Positions 12,920-26,653 of a stretch of DNA of 64,000 nucleotides are shown here, piece by piece. Made by a program: the position numbers and the translations under genes. The notes beneath the pieces are model-generated. The model made no database searches. It saw only the letters and a program-made list of their open reading frames with translations, and had not been told where the DNA came from. Source of the stretch: Octopus vulgaris (lineage: Eukaryota); assembly GCA_951406725.2 (NCBI GenBank), contig OX597816.1, forward strand, positions 170,314,001-170,378,000. Direction: 5' to 3'. Every line of letters starts with the position of its first letter. Positions within the stretch are counted from its first letter, which is position 1.

Positions 12920-13045
12920 AAGTTTGGCACGAGATCAAAATTTCAATGGTCCTCATTGCTTGACTGGTACTTTATATTATCGATCCCGAAGGATAAAAGC
13001 AGACAACGTTGACTCCAGCTTGATTTGGACGCAGAACTTAAAAAG
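12920..13045 (-). mobile_element. Decayed SINE family C fragment
   Basis: ctggtactttatattatcgatcccgaaggataaaagc. Confidence 0.7.
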
Positions 13046-13161
13046 CTGGAACAACAACAATAACAACAACAACATTGATATATAGTAACACAATTATTTG
13101 AGCAGTAGATAAAATGTTTGACATTATGCATGTTGAGCAGTAGATAAAATGTTTGACATTA

Positions 13162-13370
13162 TGATATTTAATATCATTAGAAATATATTATAAAGGGAAA
13201 CATCGTCAGTGTAAATTCTGAAATGAAAAATTGATTTGACAAATATTCATCATTATTTTGTTTATATTTTTTATATATATTCGTCCCGCTTTTTCTTGCC
13301 AATGAATTAGAATATGCTTCGTCAAAAATGGATAAATTAAACGAAAGCTGACTTCTCTTACTAGCCCGCT
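13162..13370 (+). repeat. ~210 bp direct duplication of 19169-19377
   Basis: Near-identical by eye from tgatatttaatatcattag to ctcttactagcccgc. Confidence 0.95.
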
Positions 13371-14499
13371 TTTGTATCCCGTACTTTAAGAATCTGGTCG
13401 GGTGTACTTTGCCTTTTCATATTAGAAGTTCGCTAAAATAATGACTAGTAAATTAATGAACAATACCAATGTATAAAAGTTCTTTCGTTAGTAATTCGTT
13501 TTTAAGAATATTTTGCTATCAGTAGGGAGAAGAACTGGAGTAATACAATAAAAGTCGCTGCTGTATCAGTAATAATTTTTACAAACCACAAATCACTATT
13601 TGTAGTACTCAATAATATTAAGTTACATTTTCATTAATTCATATTCGTTGAATTAAATGCTGACGACATTCTTATATCGGATATTAAATTACTTGCATTC
13701 TTATGTTATTTCATTTACCAAATACAACTTCTCTTTCAATATCCGCATTAACAATCACAAATTGTTTTCTCTAGTTATTTGGAAAACAACAGATTCCAGA
13801 ATAGATTACCATAGAAACGCATACATTTAATGTCGCTAAGATATAGACAAACACATAGACAAACACAAACTCCTAAGCATACGTAATCACACAGAGTATG
13901 TAACGGAATCCTGCAATCTTGCACTGTACATCATCGTACCATTTTCGTGAATTTCTGCAAAACACTTTTTATGAAAATCCTTTAATCCTATTTACCATGA
14001 AAATATTATAAAAATCCGTTTATATGCTCTACTTTTCTTTTGTTATTTGCATTAAAAAGTCGTCTTTGCAGCTTGTGTCACTGGAACATTTGTAAACGAA
14101 CAATCTTCTAACTATCAGTGTTTATCAGAAATTTGCTTGTACCATACACTCTACTTTCTCTGTATTAATGGCATATTCCTTGTTGATTGTAACCAATAAA
14201 ACTCGTGAGGATAATCTCTCGGTCACAAGCGTAACGTCATGCGACTGTATCCCTTTCACGTACACTTTTCAGTGCATCGTTAAATAAGCTGCAAAGAGCT
14301 TGCATTATGAAGGCGACACTTTATTCTCCTTCAGCAGAACTTAAATATAATTGTTACATTTACCAAGGAAACAATCCTACAAAATTGAACAAAACTGAAC
14401 ATTTCTTATCAATGTTAGCTTTCACAATAATGGATGGATTTTTACACACACCACATCACTATAGCCAAAGAAAAATTGCTTGGTTTGTTTTTACTTCAA

Positions 14500-14870
14500 T
14501 TCTAAAGAGCTTCTAAAACCCAAGGAGCTGTGTGCCATCCATCCTAGCATATTGCCAACAGAATTGTGAAAATGTGAGGTGCCGCTCCGCACAGAATCAC
14601 TCTACATAATATCCTAACATAAAATTCCTAGGTGCCCGAATCCTTTCCCTAGAACAAACTTCTGTCACACTAACTCACAGTATTATATCATTTATACTAT
14701 CCTGGTTCCTATTTCATTAACCTGCACCACAATACTATGTACCAGTCTTAGATAAGCATTTCAAATTAACAGGTCTCTCCTTTTCTGGTTGTTTCAGCAA
14801 CACGTCATCCGCACTGAGCTCTTCTGGAGAATCTCTTTCCAGTTCATGTTCCCTCTATCAATCTATATTT
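14500..14870 (-). mobile_element. Decayed RTE-like RT fragment
   Basis: Minus frame PEELSADDVLL resembles P.ELLYADDLVL. Confidence 0.45.
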
Positions 14871-14873
14871 ATA

Positions 14874-15103
14874 GGCGGCGAGCTGGATGAAACGTTAGCA
14901 CGCCGGGCGAAATGCTTTGCGGTATTTCGTCTGCCGCTACGTTCTGGGTTCAAATTCTGCCGAGGTCGACTTTGCCTTTCATCCTTTTGGGGTCGATTAA
15001 CTAAGTACCAGTTACGCACTGGTGTCGATGTAATCGACTTACTCCGTTTGTCTGTCCTTGCTTGTCCCTTCTGTGTGTAACCCCTTATGGGTAGTAAAGA
15101 AAT
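14874..15103 (+). mobile_element. SINE family C
   Basis: ggcggcgagctgg head, B-box ggttcaaattc, central gactttgcctttcatcc. Confidence 0.92.
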
Positions 15104-15275
15104 ATATATTTATAGATCAGCCTCACTACTCTTTCTGCTTCATCTACACCGCACTGTTCAAGAATTGAAATGCAAAAAGACGCAAGGAAACATAATTTTG
15201 TTCGTTTCCTCCAAAACAATTTCGCGTATAAGTATCTTATTAGTCTTGTATTTTTTAAATATTTAATATCTTTAA

Positions 15276-15490
15276 GATGGTGAGGTCGCAGAATCGTTAC
15301 TGCGTCGGACAGAATGCTTAGCGGCATTTCTTCCGACATTACGTTCTGAGTTTAAGTACCACCGGGGTCTACTTTGCCTTTCATCCTTTCAGGGTCGATA
15401 AAATAAGTACCAGTTTAGTACTGAAGTCCATTAATCGACTTACCTACTGCACCAAAATTACTGGCCTTGTGCCAAAATTTGAAATCAATA
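15276..15490 (+). mobile_element. SINE family C (older copy)
   Basis: Same motifs, more diverged. Confidence 0.88.
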
Positions 15491-16116
15491 CTCGATATAT
15501 ATTTATGCGAAAAGCTTGTATCATTTTGTTCAATTTTAAAAAAATGTAATTTTGTTTTTAGCTTTCTAATATCATATATTCTGTCAACAAGATTCTCTTT
15601 AACAACTGGTAGATATTTATGTGTTGTTTCTGAGTTCTCAAAACCAGTATATGTAGAAATGTTTCACTCAAAGACAGCAAAATAAAAAACAAAAAACAAA
15701 GATAAATTCGAGAATTTATCCGGTTAAAGTTGATAATATAACTTCAATATGTTTTCTTTGCTATAATCGGATTGTTATAATGCTTTGCTTGAATACTGTT
15801 TTTGTCTAGTGAATTTATCTCATAAAATTCTGATGCAGATAATCAGTCTGAGAGAAGAGCAGATAATCTTAATACCTCATTAGCCCAACTATCAAATATG
15901 TCCCTTTCACATAAATAACCGCTAGTCTGCGAGTAGGTAACTTAGCAAGATACTGGGCTGATAAATGGAAAGAATGTAACAAAAACAGAACTGCAACAAC
16001 CGACGATCATAACATTCAAAAGAGTCTGACTGCAGAAGAATTCATAATTTTTCCTTTTCCTTCGACTTTTCTATTGAATCTATGAAATTTTTTAGATTAT
16101 TGGTAGTAACCAATAC

Positions 16117-16535
16117 GCGCAGGAGTGGCTGTGTGGTAAGTAGCTTGCTAACCAACCACATGGTTCCGGGTTCAGTCCCACTGTGTGGCATCTTGGGCAA
16201 GTGTCTTCTGCTATAGCCCCGGGCCGACCAATGCCTTGTGAGTGGATTTGGCAGACGGAAACTGAAAGAAGTCTGTCGTATATATGTACATATATATATA
16301 TATATATGTATGTGTGTGTATATGTTTGTGTGTCTGTGTTTGTCCCCCTAGCATTGCTTGATAACCGATGCTGGTGTGTTTACGTCCCTGTCACTTAGCG
16401 GTTCGGCAAAAGAGACCGATAGAATAAGTACTGGGCTTAAAAAGAATAAGTCCCGGGGTCGAGTTGCTCGACTAAAGGCGGTGCTCCAGCATGGCCGCAG
16501 TCAAATGACTGAAACAAGTAAAAGAGTAAAAGAGT
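16117..16535 (+). mobile_element. SINE family A
   Basis: Full-length consensus match. Confidence 0.95.
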
Positions 16536-16879
16536 AACCCTATGTTGGAATTATTCTCCGTTACCCTATCTTAGAATTATCAAGCACAATTAACAGACTG
16601 AGTAGAATTCTTACTCCCCTATGAGGAATTTTACGAAGATCTAACATGCATGCACATAATGACACATACAGACACATTATCACTGCAAATATTTAAGAAA
16701 GAGTGAAAAACAAAGAGATCTATTGCATTAAGTATACAAACTTGATTAAAGCATTTGTTATGGTGATAGTAGTTTAATAACGTAAAGCATTATGTTAGTG
16801 AAAATTAATGCAGAAAATAATGTCAAGGATATGTTTGAGGTGGTCTACGATAGGAAGAAGTATATACACATTCAGAGGT

Positions 16880-17185
16880 TCTTTGTTCCTTCTCGAGCCA
16901 TTCATGGCTCATAAGGGCCGGTTTCCCAGTTTCTTGGCGTATAGGTTCTCCACCTGGACGGGACGTCGGTCCGTCGCAGGTGAGCCACTAGATGCAGGAG
17001 GAAAAAGTGAGAGAAAGTTGTGACGAAAAATTCAGCAGAAGTTCGCCATTACCATCTGCCGGAGCCGCGTGGAACTTAGGTGTTTCGCTCATAAACACAG
17101 ACACATCGCCCGGTCTGAGATTCGAACTCGCGATCCCTCGACCGCGAGTCCGCTGCTCTAACCACTAGGCCATGTGCCTCCACAA
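16880..17185 (-). mobile_element. SINE with family B-type head and an alternative tail, 10 bp TSD
   Basis: TSD attcagaggt at 16870-16879 and 17186-17195; A-box tggcctagtgg, B-box gttcgaatc. Confidence 0.93.
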
Positions 17186-17579
17186 ATTCAGAGGTGAAAT
17201 GAAATGTACCTATAGAAATATCAAGTTGGTTCGAAGTTACTTGTTGAAGTAGAGGAAGTATTTGTTTGACCCAATCTAATGGTGGTTATAAAGATATGTG
17301 TGACTTCGAATTTAGAGATAGATATATTTTGAATACGATGATCAAGTAGATTGTCTATAGTAAAATGCATTTGTCTTTGTAATACTGTTGTTATATAAAG
17401 TTTTAATAGTATTGTATAGGATAGAACTTACAAAGTTATATGTACTAATAATAAAATTACTTGTTTAGTTTAGGGTAAAATGAAATTTTGCATAATGAAT
17501 AAATTTACAGGTAGAATTTATTTTTATTACAATGATCAAATAAGGTGGGAATGAAGAAGCACATATCGTAGTACAAGCA

Positions 17580-17794
17580 TTGATTTCAAATTTTGTCACA
17601 AGGCCAGCAATTTCGAGGAAGGAAGGCATGTCAATTACATGGACTTTAGCACTCGAATGGTACTTATTTTATCGATCCAAAAGGATGGAAAGCAAAGTCG
17701 ATCTCGGCTTAATTTGAACTCAGAACGTAAAGACGGACGAAATGTCGCTAAACATTTTGCTTAGCGTGCTCATGATTCTGCCAGCTCACCGCCT
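17580..17794 (-). mobile_element. SINE family C
   Basis: Consensus match. Confidence 0.9.
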
Positions 17795-19168
17795 TCGTAT
17801 GGTATCAAATATAAAATACAGATGTAGAATGTAAAAAAGAATTCGGTTTCAAATACTATATTAATGGTTATATGGCATATGTAGGAAGTTAGTATTTTGA
17901 TTTTACTGTTTTTGGTAGATTAAATGTCTTAAAAGATTAATGCATGATGTAAATTTCATAATATACACGCTGAGTTGCCGTTAAGATGTGGGGTAGGGCA
18001 GTTCTAAACTCTATTTTGCAAGCTCTTTTGTTGCTTGTGTAATATTTAGCAAAAAGAGAAGTTTCATATATGAGCACTGGAAATTATTTGATTTGAGAAA
18101 CCAGTTATTTTTCGAATAAGAAGTATTGCTGCTTCTATTGATACAAGAATGCTCGATGTTGCTGAAGTTGAAGAAATTGTTGTCAGTTGTTCGTATGAGA
18201 CCGATTTTGTATACAAAATCATTGAGGCTACACTGACGATCTACTTGGCGTAGGTTATGGTTAACCAATTTCAAATGAGATCATTAGATGTTGTCTTTGC
18301 TTTTAGTTTGCACGGGTTGAAATAGGTTAAAGTATGTGTGACTATCTGCTTTGCTTAATGGAATAGTAATTTTAACATAGTTTATTGGAAATATAAATTT
18401 TCGTTTTTCACTTAAATGGAAAAGATGAATATATCAGAAGTAAATAGATGTATTGCTGGTTCGACGACAGTTAACAACAGATAATTGTTTCTTAATGCCA
18501 AATTTTATTGGAGAAAATATATATTCTCAGAATTTTTGAAGGAAACTTATTACGTAGTATGTTTTAGTATGTGTCGAGGAAATTATCTAATAAGCAAGTT
18601 TATGCTATTTCCATATAGTTTTGTTGTGGTTTGCGTAATAAAGTATGAGTTTGAACATTTTACTTGCAGTGTATATCAAGACTGTTATGTTTGAACTGTT
18701 TCAATAGTTCCACGAACAGTAAAACCATAACAAATTACTTTGGTTAAAACAAAGAACAGTATTCTACTTTACAGGCAACAGATTTCGTAAGTTTTTTCTA
18801 AATAATAAATATGTATTACAGAATAACTGTAGCATAAATTTGACACACAAGAACATGGAGAAATGATAATTAAAGTTGGTTATCTCTCTCATCGACCTTA
18901 ATTACATATCTAGAGTATTACGGCTGCAACTGGAAATAAATAAAGGTGAGATTCTAACATTAGTTAGACAGCAACCATTCATAGATATGTTAGAATTACA
19001 ATTTTCGTAGAAAAAGTTTGATTATAGGAAATCGAGACAGTCGTACCATATGGAAACAAAATGTAATGCTCAAGTAAATATGAATTAAATTAATTTGATT
19101 TAAATTCTGAATGATATTACATACTTGGGTTATTCTGGGCTTAGTTCTCTATTTATAGTAGTCAAATT

Positions 19169-19377
19169 GATATTTAATATCATTAGAAATACATTATAAA
19201 GGGAAACATCGTCAGTGTAAATTCTGAAATGAAAAATTGATTTGAGAAATATTCATCATTATTTTCTTTATATTTTTTTATATATATTCGTCCCACTTTT
19301 TCTTGCCAATGAATTAGAATATGCTTCATCAAAAAGGAATAAATTAAACGAAAGCTGACTTCTCTTACTAGCCCGCG
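19169..19377 (+). repeat. ~210 bp direct duplication of 13162-13370
   Basis: Near-identical by eye. Confidence 0.95.
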
Positions 19378-20602
19378 TTTGTCTATGTTAAGCAAACAAT
19401 GAAATCGAATGATGTTGTTGATATTATTTGCTATGTTTAAATTTTAAAATGTCCTAGAACTTTCTTTCTTTCTACAAATATTGCTTAGAAATCAATCGAT
19501 CGATCTTTTCAACTTACTATATTAGGTCACATGAGACAATACCGTATTTTATTTTATGTGCGGAACGATTTTACTAGGTATTTTCCCACAGCTCGCTTCA
19601 TGACAATTGATGTGTCTTCCATTATAATTTTGTATTACATTATGTAATTAAAATACTTAAGTGAATAGCAAGTAACTGAATGTCTAATTAATCGATCCAC
19701 AGATTCCTTATTATTATCAAATATGACAACAGCATATTTGAGGAATTCAATTCAACGTTATATGGAGAGAATTAATTTTCTATTTTTACTATATCCAGTA
19801 AGCATACTATCGCTCTAAATGAGTTTCCTAAGATTTCAAATACTTTCGATGAATTCTCTTTATAGTTCTAAAACCTCAATAAGCCATGGGAGCTCAGAAT
19901 TATATAATGCGACATTTACCTCATCAAGAAGCGTTTTACAGCTATTTCAAAAAGCAATTCTAATTCGGACGTTCTACTTCGTGGCTGCTCTACCAATACA
20001 AAAACAGCATCTTGAGCAATAGAAATCCATTCTGTGATGTTCATTATTTCTTAAGAACAGCAATAATGCAAGCAAAACGGAAATTGCAAATAGATGCAAA
20101 TGACTAATTTAAGGAAATTTGCCTTAAGCTTTGTTCACCGAAGAAAAAACTGAAAACCTATAAGCTTAGTGAATAAGATAGACGAAATACTAAGCTCTCT
20201 GAGGCCAATGTCTGAAGATACAGTTTCGATTCGCTTTCTACTCAGCTTCGCAAATATTGCAATTAAAACGCCATATCACCGTTACGCTCGCCAACAAATC
20301 TTTATCACAAATGCATTTGCTCATATACCATACTACTTATGGAAGGCTAATACTTTATTATATCCAATGATTCTAGATTATTATTACTATTATATTATTT
20401 ATTTATCGATATTTGTAAATATATATTCTCTAATTATTCAGATTTCTCTAATTTTATGTGAACACTTTCATCATTAATCTATCACTGAGCCCCTTTAAAT
20501 TTTGGCTTACTTTTACTTTTATTATATCAATGGACATGGAAAACATATCAATAAGCAAAAAGATGAACGGATTTCCATCAATCTCCACGATGAGCATTCG
20601 AA

Positions 20603-20760
20603 CAGGCTTGGCTGTGTGGTAAGAAGCTTGCTTCACAACTACATGGTTCCGGGTACAGTCCCGCTGCGTGGCACCTTGGACAAGTGTCATCTACTATAGC
20701 TTCTGGACGACCAAAGTCTTGTGAGTGAATTTGGTAGACAGAAACTAAAAGAAGCCCGCC

Positions 20761-20835
<75 letters not shown>
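20603..20835 (+). mobile_element. SINE family A 5' half ending in (TA)n
   Basis: Head motifs present; sequence after the microsatellite is unrelated. Confidence 0.9.
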
Positions 20836-20836
<1 letters not shown>

Positions 20837-21059
20837 CAAAAAAAGAGTGAAAAAGCTAAAGAAAGCTTGTGTTATATTGTTAAAGAATATAATTAAGTCG
20901 TTATGTTAGAAAAATGTTATAAAATGTTGCGTATAGTAACATAGTTTTTGGAGAAATACGCGGTTTCGTATTTTATTTTCAAATTGCTCCAATTTCTTTA
21001 CCTATATCGTGTCATGTCTTCGCTATATTGTGAAATATGGAGTTCCAGGCTGGGGAAGG

Positions 21060-22175
21060 TAATCAGGGATTGTTTCCGGTATAAGGAAGATAATCAAACA
21101 TGTTGGGAATGACTAATTAAACATGATTTGGTTTAGAAGGAATAGAATGTTACAAGTGGTTAGGTTTTGCTTTATATTTGTTTCAATGAGGTGAGTTTCC
21201 TTATTTAAAAATGTTAGAAATGGTTAAGTTCTGGCTTATATTTTTTAATGAAGAAGGTTTCCTTATTTAATCTACTTGTGCCGGTGTTCCAATGGCACAT
21301 TGATAGAATGGAAAGATTATAAATTGTGGTAGTAGTTGCTTTGCGCATTTCTCAATATGTTCAGTAAATAGTATCATTCTCTATCCTGGAAATGCAATCT
21401 GCTGTCGATGCAGAGTGCATCTGCGTCTAAGCGATAATCCAGCGGACTCTATGTAGCTTTGGTGGCAGACCGAACATCTTATGACATAAATCAGGTTTTC
21501 TGAAGCACAATAAAATTAGATTTGATTTTGAATTTGTGTCCCTCTTTGAAGAGGAATTCTGATCCTTCTAGAAGGTTTGGGCATGTTGCGCAATTTGTTC
21601 TACCACATTTTTTTTTTACTTTTGCATCCGTTATTTTAGAAAATATTTTTGTCTTTGTGAGGATCTTTTTTAGTGATTTAGGTTGTTTGTAGCTTTTAAT
21701 GATTTTATGTATGTGTAAAATTTCCTTTAAGTTGGGGTCCTTATGTAGCATTGGTAAATTCTGGGTGACGATGGTGAAGGCTTCTTTGTTTCTGGGGTTG
21801 TATGTGGATATGTACGGCAGTATTTACGGGGAAGGTGTGTTGCTGTGTTGAACTTTTCCTAAGGGTCTATGTCGATTTGTGTGGCACGTCGGATTCCATC
21901 CTCTATGAGTTGAACTGGGTAATGATTGTCAATTAGGGTGTTTTGAGTTCTAGCAATCTAATGTTTCTGGTATTTTGTTCTGACACTATTGTGCATGTCC
22001 TTCTTGCAAGGTTGAAGGGGATGTTTGTTTTAGTGTGTCTTGGGTGGCATGAATCAAAAAGTAGATATTGTTTGGCGTCTGTGGTTTCCAGAATACAGAA
22101 CGATACCCTTTAGTGAACATATTGAGAAATGTGCAAAGCAACTACTACCACAAGTTATAATCTTTCCATTCTATC
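21060..22175 (-). mobile_element. Penelope-like element fragment (RT thumb, Cys linker, GIY-YIG) with an inverted terminal piece
   Basis: Minus frames DAKQYLLFDSCHPRHTKTNIPFNLARR, CGRTNCATCP and NLIYVIRCSVCHQSYI; 22085-22175 is an inverted copy of 21302-21392. Confidence 0.9.
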
Positions 22176-22700
22176 GACTAAAGACGATGCTCCAGCATGG
22201 CTGCAGTCAAATGACTGAAACCAGTAAAAGAACTAAATTGCCTACGTATTGATTTATAAAGTAAATGTCTGAATATTCCACTGACACTTGTACCTTTAAC
22301 ATTCCTCTTGATTAATGAGACACTGTGTATCATAACCTTGTTCTTTGAATATCTCGTACAGTCCATCAGGGGAGGGAGTTCCATAATTTCTCTCTAGCTC
22401 CATTTCACACACAAGGCTTGAGTTCATTCGAAGCTATAGTAAAAGACACTTGTTCAGTGCATTACCCAATATGGCACAATACAAGAAGCCGTGAATTGGA
22501 GTAAACTTCTTAATGACACGTGTATGGTTACGCCAAATAAATACAAACTATAAGACACACGGGGCCCGCGAGATTAACGCAGTTTTAGTAAACCAACAGG
22601 GAATCTGTCCTACGGATTTACACGAAAACGAATTAAACAGCAAGAACACGCAAATATAATGTATAAAGAAAATATGGAATAATTCTCACACATTAATTTA

Positions 22701-22756
<56 letters not shown>

Positions 22757-22777
22757 AAGGTTTGCAAATTGCCACAC

Positions 22778-22810
<33 letters not shown>

Positions 22811-22817
<7 letters not shown>

Positions 22818-23356
22818 ATAACAATTTAATAAATAATAATATATGCATTATCATACATACATATATATACGTACCTACATCTATATGTATATATACATGC
22901 ATATATATATATATATATATATACATGCATATATATATATATGAGTACAGGACACCACAAATAAACGTAGAACACAACGAGAAACGAAAACATAAAAACG
23001 GACTTCTTTTAACAACGAAAAAACAGAGTACAAGACAAACAATACAAGGAATATTCCCCTTCATCAGCTGCCCCTGGTCCGACTCTCGAAACACGCATTG
23101 AGTCGAACCAGGGGCAGCTGATGAAGGGGAATATTCCTTGTATTGTTTGTCTTGTACTCTGTTTTTTCGTTGTTAAAAAAAGTCCGTTTCCTAGTTTGTT
23201 TTTATGTTTTCGTTTCTCGTTGTGTTCTACGTTTATTTGTGGTGTCCTGTACTCATATATATATATATATGCATGTATATATATACATATAGATGTAGAT
23301 ACGTACATATATGTATGTATGTATGCATATATCTTATTTATTAAATTGTTATTATA
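22811..23356. repeat. ~545 bp near-perfect palindrome embedded in (TA)n
   Basis: Arms about 22811-23085 and 23100-23356, with a 14 nt spacer tcgaaacacgcatt. Confidence 0.95.
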
Positions 23357-23399
23357 TGACTGAGCACCCTCGCGTCGTTTCGTTTCTTTCCTCCAAGTA

Positions 23400-23443
<44 letters not shown>

Positions 23444-23599
23444 AACAAATACATGCATGCATATATGCATACATATACATACAAACACACGCACACAAAC
23501 ACACACAGACATATGTGTGTGTGTATGTGTGTGTATGTGCCGGAATGATTTAATAGATATTTAATCAGGTTAAAAGATTCTAAGATCTCACGTATCCCT

Positions 23600-23990
23600 C
23601 CTTAGAATTACGTGCAAGACATTTAGAATCTTTCTCTAGATTATATATTTTAAGAGACTTCTTCAGTCGACATATATTTCAATACCTATTTCCATTCAAC
23701 ATTGGGGTCGCATAGATCAGGTTACATTCAGTAGCGGAAACACAATTGCCTGATATTCCAATAAAGAACATATCTCCACCTCAGTCGTAGAGAACACTCA
23801 TCAAAGCTACTAAATATCCTAGGCCTCACAGTCCCTAATGGTCTTTCCTGGAGCTCTCATATCCATAGTATTGCAACAATTGCATCTTCAAATCTTGGTT
23901 TCCTTTTAGGGACACAAATTACTTCAGCTTCCGACAGTCACTCAATTGAAACTAACTGCAGAAAGCTGCTTACACTCTGAGGCACTCATG
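23600..23990 (+). mobile_element. Decayed CR1/L2-type RT C-terminal fragment
   Basis: LNILGLTVPNGLSWSSHIHSIATIASSNLGFL matches LG..I...LSW..HI..I...A...LG.L. Confidence 0.7.
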
Positions 23991-24017
23991 ACGATATATA
24001 TATATATATATATATAA

Positions 24018-24061
<44 letters not shown>

Positions 24062-24235
24062 GCAATGTTTGTTGTCACTTCAACATAACTGTTGAACCGA
24101 CTTTACTACAATTTTTAAACGCAAGAGGAAGCTTCCTCTAGCTGGTTATCGACACGATCTGCACCGCACATATATTGCGAGCAGGGCAGCAAAACCCTAC
24201 CTTTTTTTAGCGATTTTACCGGACCAGCATATTTA

Positions 24236-24272
<37 letters not shown>

Positions 24273-25232
24273 CTTGATAGTTAGATAGATTATATATACA
24301 GTGAGAGAGAGGGAGAGAGAAAGAGAGAGTGAAAGAGATACAGAAAGAAAAATAGGTTGGCTTAAAGTTGTTCACCAAAGTAATCCGTATTGAGGTCAAA
24401 ATTTGTGGCCATTCCGACCAAGGCTAACGTGGCATTTCCTATTCGGGGGTGGTTGGTTTCATGTCTCAGCCAAATACATCCTCATGAATCAGCCGTCCCT
24501 AACTTTTGCACACACATTTTGCCTGCCTCTCGAGTTTTTCTCTTCATATTTATCTATCATGGAATTTAGATCTTCGCATCAACTTCAGTGGTCTAGAATA
24601 ACTGTAAAAGCCATATCAACAATCCAATTTCAGACTAAAAACGAAAAGAAAAAAAAAATTCATGCCAAATTTGAAATCAATCAACTGCGTGTATTATAAT
24701 TTTGATGTATTATTCAAAATTCGAATATTCGAACAATGCCACTGCGCTGAGACCAGAATAGCAGATGGCTCCGGTTGGCTCCGGTTGGCTCATCATGCGG
24801 AACCGTACATGTATACACATAAGTATAGAAAACATGATGAAATTGGTTTTGGCTTGTTAAAATCCATCTGTGTTTAACGTCCATTAATGTTGATTACATT
24901 TATCTAGGTAATGATTTCATGAATTGTTTTTTTATTTAAAATTCGTGCAGAGGCCTTATAATTATTTTACTTGCCGTATATAAAGTATATAAATTTTTGT
25001 TATAATGCAGGAGTATCTGTTAATTTCTGTTAAGAAGAGTGAAACATCAATTTATTTTTGTTACTCATGTTTAATGATATTTTCTTTAAACGTTTTCATG
25101 TTTCCGGACTAATATATTATTCTATTACTTGTGCAACATTTTCAACCTTCTTCAATGTGTAAAAGAAAAATAGAACTGTTTCCCACTGATAACATTTGGG
25201 ATTATTATTGCCCTTCTATATTACAAGGAAAA

Positions 25233-25346
<114 letters not shown>

Positions 25347-26235
25347 ACATTTATTTGAAGCAAATGGAGACAAATTTCCCTTAAGCCCATTAGGGAAATT
25401 TGGATATATCGATTTTGGTATTAGATCTCAGTGTGAGGCAATCTATGCATAATCATCACCATCGACACTAATTTTCCTGCTTCTGAACTATTATTGTTAT
25501 ATTAGCTGGTAATATTTCTCGTTAACGGGTATTTGATAAATAGCAAAATAGACGCAGAGTTTAGGCCATCCTCCTATTGTGTTATGTAATCATACGGCAT
25601 TGAGCTCTGTGCATTCATTGCAATTCTTTTTGTCTTCTTCGTTTCATATTTAGTTTGTTCGTGTACAGTTTCGTAACAGTTTATCTTTAAGTTATTATTA
25701 CGTCAATATTCTCTTTATTATATTCTTAATGTTATTACGTTTATATTCTCTTCCTAAATATATTCATAAATTACGGCTGTACCAGCGATCACAAATGCAG
25801 CTTTAATTGATATTATATATATATATCTTCACTCTATTTAAATGATAATTTGATTTCTTTATGCACGAGAATTTACAAATATGTATAAATGTACAAAAAA
25901 CACATCACTGCTACCGAGCCTCCATAAAAAGTGAACAATGAATACAAAACGTGAAAAGTCAACATACCTGAAAAATCATGGATGTTTCTGCTAATTGAGT
26001 AGATATTAAAAAATTGCAATTAATAGTATTGATATTTAGCATAACAGCAATGAAATTATTCTTCTATCATATACAAACTAAGATATATCAACTACGTCTT
26101 TGATGTCGAGATATCGTCAAGCAGTGCTTCTTACTACAGCAAACCATGGTTTCTGATTTTTTTTCTTTCTCTCTCATCTGTCAAGCGCCATACGAATGTC
26201 ATGCGTGCTGTCCTTCCTGCTCTGAATGGCCCACT

Positions 26236-26653
26236 AGTCGTGGCTGTGTGGTAAAATGTTTGCTTCCCAACCACACAGTACCAAGTTCAGTCCAACTGCG
26301 TGGCACTTTGCGCAAGTGTTTTCTACTATAGCCTCAGGCCCACCAAAGCATTGTGAGTGACTTTGGTGGACGGAAACTGAAAGAAACACGTCGCACATAT
26401 ACAACTATATATATATATATATATGTGTGTGTGTGCGCGCGTGTGTGTGTGTGTGTGTGTGTGTATGTCTTATGTCTGTGTTTGTGCCCCCACCACCTCG
26501 TGACAACCGGTTAACGTGTGTCTACATCCCTATAACATAAGGCTCAGCCTAAGAAATCAATAGAATAAGTACTAGGCTTTTTTTTTTAAATTGTTCGACT
26601 AAAAAACCTTCATGGCCGCGGTCAAATGATTGAAACAAGTAAAAGATAAAAGA
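26236..26653 (+). mobile_element. SINE family A (diverged)
   Basis: Head, internal microsatellite and tail recognisable. Confidence 0.9.
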
